From Candidatus Krumholzibacteriota bacterium (GTDB lineage: Bacteria; Krumholzibacteriota; Krumholzibacteriia; JAJRXK01), in NCBI GenBank assembly GCA_963727455.1, contig CAVSGG010000008.1, positions 32,001 to 96,000 on the forward strand: a stretch of 64,000 bases of DNA, in the 5' to 3' direction. The notes beneath the pieces were generated by a model that was not told where the DNA came from, did no database searches, and worked only from the letters and a program-made list of their open reading frames with translations. Both the position numbers and the translations under genes were made by a program. Below, in pieces: positions 57,529 through 64,000 of this stretch; position 1 is the first letter of the stretch; each line of letters opens with the position of its first letter.

Positions 57529-59703
57529 TCAATTGGCGGGAAGGCGGCTGAGATCGGCGAAGCGCGCAAAAAGATAGTGCAGGGATTCGAGCCAGTCCAG
57601 GCGCCGCGTCCGCACCCCGGGATCGGGCGCATTCACCAGGACCTCGACGAAATAGCGATCGATGGGCTCTCCCAGGGTTGCCAAGGCCTCGTAGGCGAGA
57701 GTGTAATCGCTGGTGCCGAGCGCCGTCTCGAGCCGCGGTAGGATCCCCTGGGCCGCCTCGACCAGCTTCTGCTCGGCCTCGTCCACCTGCTCGTTCGCGC
57801 GGTAGCTCTTCAACTCCTCCCTCTCCCAACGGGCACGCGACTCACGCTGCAACGACCGCGCCCGCTCCTGGGGCGAGAGCGATTCCTCCTCGAGCCGGTC
57901 CGCTTTCACCAAGATGTTTCGACAGCGCCGCGCCCCTTCGATGAGCATCTGAAAAGTCTCGCTCCCCTGGAGTTTGGCGAGGTCCTCGCTGGCACGAGCA
58001 TTCTCAACCGGGTCCAAAGGAAAGACCGAGAGCACGGCCTGCACGATCTCCACCGGGAGGTCCTGGAGAAGGGTCTCCAGACGGCCCCAGAAGAGGCCGG
58101 TGATCACCGAGGCGGCCTCTCTTACCGTCTCGGGCGGTTGCGAGTAGTTCTTCAGGCTCTTGTCGATCCAGCTCGTGAGATCGCACCGCAATTCGTTCTC
58201 GCTCAAAATTCGAAGAACTGCCAAGGCCTGACGCCGGAGCGCGTAGGGATCCTGGCTCCCGGTGGGAAGGAAACCGGCTAGAACACATCCCGCGAGCGTA
58301 TCGAGCCGGTCGGCCAGGGCGATCACTTGGCCCAACTCGCCCTCGGGAAGCCTATCCTCTGCGAAACGCGGATACAGGTGTTCGGCGATCGCATCTGCCA
58401 CATCCTCGTCCTCGCCGGCGGCCAGGGCATAGTAGCGTCCCATGACTCCCTGGAGTTTGGTGAACTCCTTGCCGTCCTTGATCATCTCGGTGGCCAGATC
58501 GCTTTTGGACAAGAGGCCAGCACGATGGACCTTCTCCTTGGGAAGCTTCGGCCTGAGGACTTCGGCGAGTTCACAGGCGAGCTCTGCCACGCGACGGCAT
58601 TTGTCGCCAACCGAACCAAAGCCCTCGATCCAGACCACAGAGTCCAGTTGCCGCAGCTTTTCTTCGCTGCTCTTGGCAGTGTCCTCGTTCCAGTAGAAGA
58701 CCGCATCTTCCAGACGGGCGCGCAAAACTCGTTCGTTTCCTTCCTTCACGTTCTCGAGGCCTTCGTCCGAGCCGTCTCGGAAGGTGAGGAAGCACGGGAA
58801 GAGCGCGCCCTTCTCCGACTCCACGCTGAAGTACCTCTGATGGGCGCGCATGGCGGTGATGATGACTTCGCGGGGAAGCACTTGGGTCATGGCCGGGTCG
58901 AAATCGCCGCGCACACCGCGCGGATGCTCCGCCAAGTAGACTAACTCTTCGAGGAGTTCGGGATCCTCGTGAACCCGCCCACCGATCTCCTCCGCCAGCC
59001 GGCGCCCCTCGCTCTGGATGAGTTCGCACCGCCGGGACGGCCGAACGATGACCGACGCCTCCGCGAGGCGAGTCTCGTAGGACCCGGCATCGGGCAATTC
59101 CACCCGGCCCCCGTGAAGAGTGCGATGCCCCCGGCTCTCGCGGCCCGCCTCGAGCGAGGCCAGACGCAACGGCACGACCTCCTCGCCCAAAAGACAGACC
59201 AACCAGCGGATGGGCCGCGCATAGCTCAAGTCGTTCCCGCTAATCCAGCGCATCGTCTTGGGAAAACCCAGGTTCACGAAGCGGCGCAAGGGGTCTCCCT
59301 CTTGCAGGAGATCCACGGTTCGCTCACCGCCAAGCTCCTGTTCGATTCCCAGACGCTCTCCCTTTTCCTGTGGAAATCGTCCGAGTTCCTCCACTTTCAC
59401 TCCGACGCTGCGCGCGAATCCCTCCGCCGCTTTGGTCGGTTCTCCCTGTGCATCGAAGGCCGCGCTTACCGAGGGTCCCAGCTTCAAGCTCCTGGTGCGC
59501 GGCGTGGCCAGTGCCACTTCGCGGATCAAGACGGCGATGCGACGCGGCGTAGCAAAGGACTCCATCCGGTCCTTTGGAAAGTCGATCCCCTTTTCCCTTA
59601 GGAAAGAGCTCACCCTCTCGGCCAAAACTTTACGAGCGCGACCGAGATAGCCGGCTGGAATCTCCTCACTGCCGATTTCCAGCAGAAAGTCGCTTCTATC
59701 CAC
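57529..59703 (-). CDS. glyS: glycine--tRNA ligase beta subunit
   Basis: [48 protein letters not shown]. Confidence 0.97.
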   Translation of the reverse strand: MDRSDFLLEIGSEEIPAGYLGRARKVLAERVSSFLREKGIDFPKDRMESFATPRRIAVLIREVALATPRTRSLKLGPSVSAAFDAQGEPTKAAEGFARSVGVKVEELGRFPQEKGERLGIEQELGGERTVDLLQEGDPLRRFVNLGFPKTMRWISGNDLSYARPIRWLVCLLGEEVVPLRLASLEAGRESRGHRTLHGGRVELPDAGSYETRLAEASVIVRPSRRCELIQSEGRRLAEEIGGRVHEDPELLEELVYLAEHPRGVRGDFDPAMTQVLPREVIITAMRAHQRYFSVESEKGALFPCFLTFRDGSDEGLENVKEGNERVLRARLEDAVFYWNEDTAKSSEEKLRQLDSVVWIEGFGSVGDKCRRVAELACELAEVLRPKLPKEKVHRAGLLSKSDLATEMIKDGKEFTKLQGVMGRYYALAAGEDEDVADAIAEHLYPRFAEDRLPEGELGQVIALADRLDTLAGCVLAGFLPTGSQDPYALRRQALAVLRILSENELRCDLTSWIDKSLKNYSQPPETVREAASVITGLFWGRLETLLQDLPVEIVQAVLSVFPLDPVENARASEDLAKLQGSETFQMLIEGARRCRNILVKADRLEEESLSPQERARSLQRESRARWEREELKSYRANEQVDEAEQKLVEAAQGILPRLETALGTSDYTLAYEALATLGEPIDRYFVEVLVNAPDPGVRTRRLDWLESLHYLFARFADLSRLPAN

Positions 59704-60580
59704 GACCCACCTTCTTCAGCAGAGGAAAACCCATCTCTTCTCGTTTGGCGACGTAGGCTTTTGCGGCCAGACGGGCGAGTCTGCGAACGCGCGCGATATA
59801 GCCCGTGCGCTCCGTGACGCTGATGGCGCCACAGGCTTCCAGCAAATTGAAATAGTGACTGCACTTCGTCACCGCATCGTAGCCGGGAAAGACCAAGCCC
59901 TTCTCCAGGAGGATCTCCGCCTCCTTTTCCCGCTCCTCGAACCAGCGAAAATAGAGTTTGGTGTCGACCCATTTGAAATTGAACTCGCTGAACTCACGCT
60001 CGGATTGACCGTTTACCTCACCCCAGGTGACGCCTCCTCCCCAATTCAGGTCCATGACGTGATTGCAGTCCTGGATGTACATGGCGAGGCGCAGAAGGCC
60101 GTAGGTGAGTTCGCAACTCACCGGTTCCAGCTCCAATCCACCGCACTGCTGGAAATAGGTGAACTGTGTGACCTCCATGCCATCCAGCCAGACTTCCCAG
60201 CCGAGGCCGGCCGCCCCCAGAGTCGGACTTTCCCAGTCGTCCTCCACGAAGCGAACGTCGTGTGCTTTGGGATCGATTCCGATCGCGTCGAGACTGCTGA
60301 GATAGAGATCCTGCACATCTTCTGGTGCCGGCTTGAGCAGAACCTGGTACTGCAGGAACTGCTGCACGCGATTCGGATTCTCTCCGTAGCGGCCGTCCTT
60401 GGGTCGCTTGGAGGGCTCGACGTAGGCTACGCGCCAGGGCTCCGGCCCGAGACATCTCAAGAAAGTGTTGGGATTGAAGGTTCCCGCCCCCACCTCGCTG
60501 TTGTGGGGCTGCACGATGACGCAGCCCTGGGCCATCCAGAACCGTTGCAGTTCGTGGATCATCTCCTGATAGCTCTTCAC
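59696..60580 (-). CDS. glyQ: glycine--tRNA ligase alpha subunit
   Basis: [35 protein letters not shown]; GTGA overlap with recO sets start 60580. Confidence 0.98.
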   Translation of the reverse strand: MKSYQEMIHELQRFWMAQGCVIVQPHNSEVGAGTFNPNTFLRCLGPEPWRVAYVEPSKRPKDGRYGENPNRVQQFLQYQVLLKPAPEDVQDLYLSSLDAIGIDPKAHDVRFVEDDWESPTLGAAGLGWEVWLDGMEVTQFTYFQQCGGLELEPVSCELTYGLLRLAMYIQDCNHVMDLNWGGGVTWGEVNGQSEREFSEFNFKWVDTKLYFRWFEEREKEAEILLEKGLVFPGYDAVTKCSHYFNLLEACGAISVTERTGYIARVRRLARLAAKAYVAKREEMGFPLLKKVGRG

Positions 60581-61359
60581 CGCGCGGCTCCTCGCTCGTC
60601 GTTGGGAACATTGAGCCAGAACAGCGCTTTCGGAATACGGTACTGGGGAAGGTGATAGCTCATATGCAGATGAAGACACTTGCCGATTCGTCTTCGCTGC
60701 TGATCGCTCAACTCCATTGCCTCTTCTCCGTCCAGGATCTCGTCCAAATCTCGCCAGGTGTCCAGTTCCTCGGCGCTCACCCTCTGCCCCTTGCCAAAGC
60801 TACAACGCGGGCAGCTCAGATCACCCTCATTGGGACGAAAGAAGGCGGCGTCGAACTCCTTCAGCGAGGCACTACAGACCCCACACACGTCCAGGTTGAT
60901 CCCCAGTCCCAGATTCCACAAGAGCCGCGTCTCCAGGGCGAAGAACAGGGCTGCCACACTGCGGGAGCCTCCCTCGTGCCAGCGCTGCAAATAGCCGCGA
61001 AAAACCGCGACAACTTTCGCATCCGGTTCCCTCTCCGGAAGCAGACGATCCGCGAGTTCCAGGGCAGCGAGAAGGTAGGAGAGCTTATCCAGGCTGCCGG
61101 CTCCGGTCAAGACGGCCCGGACCAGGCTCGCCTCACTCAGAGTCCAGAGCTCGCGGTCCTTGCGGGGATAAAACAGAAGCTCGACTTCGTTGCCGGGCTG
61201 GAGCACTCCTGTGAGTGGCGAGTTGGGCCGCCGCACACCCTTCGCCACGACCTTGATTTTCCCATGCTCTCTGCTGAGAGCGCTCACGATGCAGGAACTC
61301 TCCCCCAACTTCAAGCTACGGAGAACGACTGCCTCGTCCCGGCATACCGTGCCGCGCAT
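60577..61359 (-). CDS. recO: DNA repair protein RecO
   Basis: [24 protein letters not shown]...C..C zinc motif; next to glyQ. Confidence 0.93.
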   Translation of the reverse strand: MRGTVCRDEAVVLRSLKLGESSCIVSALSREHGKIKVVAKGVRRPNSPLTGVLQPGNEVELLFYPRKDRELWTLSEASLVRAVLTGAGSLDKLSYLLAALELADRLLPEREPDAKVVAVFRGYLQRWHEGGSRSVAALFFALETRLLWNLGLGINLDVCGVCSASLKEFDAAFFRPNEGDLSCPRCSFGKGQRVSAEELDTWRDLDEILDGEEAMELSDQQRRRIGKCLHLHMSYHLPQYRIPKALFWLNVPNDERGAAR

Positions 61360-61385
61360 GATGCCATCTCCTGATGGTCGAAGGC

Positions 61386-62744
61386 TCAGAGGCCGAGAAC
61401 CTTGTGGGCGAGGCTCAAATAGACCAAGAGTCCCAACACGTCGTTGCTCGTCGTGATGAAAGGACCAGTGGCCAGAGCCGGGTCAACCCCCATCCAATTC
61501 AGCACCAAGGGTACGATCGTCCCAATCGAAGTCGCGACGACGACGACGCACATCAACGCCAACCCGATCACGAAGCCGACGGCTGGGTCCTGCCGGAACA
61601 GGACCAGAGTCAGCACGAGCATTCCACCCAGAAGAAACCCGTTGAGCAGTCCGACAAATACCTCGCGGGCGATGTGTCGGCGCGCCCGGAAGCGATCGAA
61701 ATTACCCGTGGCCAACGCCCGAATGAGATTGGACGAAGTCTGTACCCCGGAATTTCCTCCCGTCGCCATCACCAGAGGAATGAAGAAGGCCAGAATCACT
61801 TTCACCTGAAGTCCGGCCTGAAATCGGGAGATCACCAGGGCCGAGAGCAATTCGCCCAGAAGTCCCATCATGAGCCAGGGCAGCCGAGCTCTGGAGATGG
61901 CCTTTACCGAAGTCTGCCCGAACTCCTCCTCGCTGGAGCCGGCGAAGCGCGCCATGTCTTCGGTCGCTTCCTCGGTCATCACGTCGATTACGTCGTCGAC
62001 GGTGATGCGACCCACCAGACGGCGGTTCGTATCCACCACCGCCATAGATAGCAAGTCTCTCCTGGCAAATAGCTGCGCCACTTTCTCCTGATCCTCCATC
62101 ACCTCGATGGAGACGGGCTCGGGATTCATGACCGCGGCGGCCTTGGCCTTCGGATCGAGAATGAAAACCTTGACGACAGGAATCTGGCCCAAAAGCCGCC
62201 CGGAGGAATCGACCACGAACACGAACTGGTGGCTGAGAAGCTCTTCCTCTCCGAGCTTTCTCAACCCTTCGGCGATCTTGCCGATCGTGTGCTCCTGGTT
62301 GACCGAGAGGAACTCCTTGGCCATGACTCCGCCGGCGGAGTCCTCGGGGTAGCGCAGCAGCTCGGAGAGCTCGACTGCGTCCTGATGGTCCACTTGGTCC
62401 AGGAGGTCGACGACGCGGACCGCTTGGTCGTTCTCCATGTGGGCCACGACGTCCGCGGCATCGTCGCTATCGAGTGCGTCGAGCATCTCCACGATCTCCT
62501 GATCTTTGAGCAGATCCAGCAGATCGGGCAAACTACGCTCGTCCAATTCGGTGAGAATCGCGGCCGCCACTTCCGCGGGAAGCAGTCTGAGTACCGCTAC
62601 TTTGCGTTCGTGTTCGAAGCCGCGCAGGATGTCGGCCACGTCCGCCGGAGTGCGATCCAGGAGAAGACGCGCCGCTCCATCGACATCCTCCGCTTCGAAG
62701 CGCTCGAGGATCTGTTCGAAAAGAGGCTGAAGATCTTCGAGCAT
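61386..62744 (-). CDS. mgtE: magnesium transporter MgtE
   Basis: DDAAD, YPEDSAGGVM, CBS pair, RLPWL, GGNSGVQ, DPALATGPFITT..D. Confidence 0.96.
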   Translation of the reverse strand: MLEDLQPLFEQILERFEAEDVDGAARLLLDRTPADVADILRGFEHERKVAVLRLLPAEVAAAILTELDERSLPDLLDLLKDQEIVEMLDALDSDDAADVVAHMENDQAVRVVDLLDQVDHQDAVELSELLRYPEDSAGGVMAKEFLSVNQEHTIGKIAEGLRKLGEEELLSHQFVFVVDSSGRLLGQIPVVKVFILDPKAKAAAVMNPEPVSIEVMEDQEKVAQLFARRDLLSMAVVDTNRRLVGRITVDDVIDVMTEEATEDMARFAGSSEEEFGQTSVKAISRARLPWLMMGLLGELLSALVISRFQAGLQVKVILAFFIPLVMATGGNSGVQTSSNLIRALATGNFDRFRARRHIAREVFVGLLNGFLLGGMLVLTLVLFRQDPAVGFVIGLALMCVVVVATSIGTIVPLVLNWMGVDPALATGPFITTSNDVLGLLVYLSLAHKVLGL

Positions 62745-62765
62745 CTCGCGCGTCCGGGCTAGAGT

Positions 62766-63437
62766 CTACACCTCGCTCATGTCGGCAGAGCGGTCGGGAT
62801 GATCGCCGATTCTCGCGAGGACCAACGCTCGGGCCCGAGGAGAGACCACCGCGCCACCTGAGATCACCATCTTGAGGCCTTCTTCGATGGAGATGTCTAG
62901 CTGAATAGCATCTTCGACGGGAATCAGCAAGAAATAGCCGCTGGTGGGGTTGGGAGTCGTGGGCAGGAAGATGTGATAGAGACCGGCGCTGCCGGGATGG
63001 TTCAACTCGTTGGTGACGAAACCCAGGCTCCACGATCCACGCCGGGGATACTCGAAAAGAACGACCTTCCGGAAGGCTCGGCTCTGGTCCGCGAAGAGCA
63101 CGGTGGTGAGCTCTTTGGTGGCGGAGTAGATCCCCTTGAGAAAGGGAATGCGCGCCACGAGGCGGTCGAATGCACCCAACACCGCCTTGCCAAAGAGACT
63201 GTTGGCCGTTGCTCCCACCGCGCTGATGGTCAGGATTGCCGCGATCAGCCCGATTGCCGTCCCGGCAATCTGCGGCAGGTGGCCGTAAAGCCAGGGAGTT
63301 CGCGCGATCCACGGCCCCAACCATCCATCTACCGTGCGCACGATAAACCAGAGCACCCAGAAGGTCACCACCACGGGTATGATCACCACGAGCCCGGTAA
63401 AAAACGCTCGCCGCAAGCCGCGCAAAGGAGTTCTCAC
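62766..63437 (-). CDS. DUF502 membrane protein
   Basis: FFTGL, RIPF..IY, EYPR.G, PTTPNPTSG, SGG. Confidence 0.92.
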   Translation of the reverse strand: MRTPLRGLRRAFFTGLVVIIPVVVTFWVLWFIVRTVDGWLGPWIARTPWLYGHLPQIAGTAIGLIAAILTISAVGATANSLFGKAVLGAFDRLVARIPFLKGIYSATKELTTVLFADQSRAFRKVVLFEYPRRGSWSLGFVTNELNHPGSAGLYHIFLPTTPNPTSGYFLLIPVEDAIQLDISIEEGLKMVISGGAVVSPRARALVLARIGDHPDRSADMSEV

Positions 63438-64000
63438 GATTCCTGCTCCGTGGAATTGCCGTTGCCCTCTTCGCGGGGAGCAAGCACGCGGTCGCTGACG
63501 AGAGTGACCTGGAGCATGCGTTGCCGTTCCACGCGATCGATGGTGAAGCGTAGACCTTCGTATTCCACCCCATCCCCCCGACTCGGCACTTTCCCCAATT
63601 CCGCGTAGAGGAACCCACCCAGGGTGTCACTGTCCTCGGTGGGAAGGGTTAGTCCGAGTTCCTCGTTCAAGTCGTCGAGATCGATGCGAGGATCGAGGAT
63701 CACGTGGTGATCGTCGAGCACACGAATGCGCTCGCCTTCCTGATCGAATTCGTCGCGAATCTCGCCGACGATCTCTTCGAGGATGTCCTCCATCGTGACG
63801 ATACCCGCCGTCCCGCCGTACTCGTCCACCACGACCGCAAGGTGAACCCTCTGCTCGCGAAATTCCCGTAGGGCCTCGTCCACGCTCTTGCTCTCAGGCA
63901 AGAAGTGCACTGGCCGAAGGAGTTGGCGCAGCGTCGGAGTCTCGCTCCTGGCGCGAGCGACCAATAGATCCTTCGTGTGCAAAATGCCCAAGATGGTGTC
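63434..64000 (-). CDS. HlyC/CorC (CBS + CorC_HlyC) family protein, 3' part
   Basis: HLAVVVDEYGGTAGIVTMEDILEEIVGEIRDEFD, DTLGG; open at the window edge. Confidence 0.93.
   Translation of the reverse strand, partial: DTILGILHTKDLLVARARSETPTLRQLLRPVHFLPESKSVDEALREFREQRVHLAVVVDEYGGTAGIVTMEDILEEIVGEIRDEFDQEGERIRVLDDHHVILDPRIDLDDLNEELGLTLPTEDSDTLGGFLYAELGKVPSRGDGVEYEGLRFTIDRVERQRMLQVTLVSDRVLAPREEGNGNSTEQES

Overview
GC-rich chromosomal window from a diderm (Kdo/LPS-making) bacterium. Its T9SS-like cargo, PorV-like barrels and 'PPDT' lipoproteins suggest an FCB-group candidate phylum such as Krumholzibacteriota, Eisenbacteria or Latescibacterota (inference). Nearly all genes are on the minus strand. 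Housekeeping genes: kdsA(partial)-pyrG-kdsB, rplU-rpmA, trxB, folE plus two PTPS, purN/M/E/D, lnt, argS, rsfS, polyprenyl synthase, tatC, nrdR, glyA, ppdK, glyQS, recO, mgtE. Three candidate undescribed systems stand out. (1) A sigma54-type operon encodes a 2850-aa Ig-repeat surface protein, a PorV-like barrel fused to TPRs, a membrane RsbW-kinase/HAMP/PP2C protein ending in a transposase-like HTH, and a STAS protein; this is a possible trans-envelope partner-switching relay. (2) An unannotated 11-aa peptide (MFWVLGSKVKW), enclosed by an 18-bp long-range RNA stem, lies between an unknown cytosolic protein and a membrane HD-GYP phosphodiesterase. (3) A putative sigma54-driven ~137-nt hairpin sRNA has a C7 loop and a U7 end. 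No rRNA, tRNA, CRISPR array or intact mobile element was seen. All calls come from reading motifs by eye; no searches were run.
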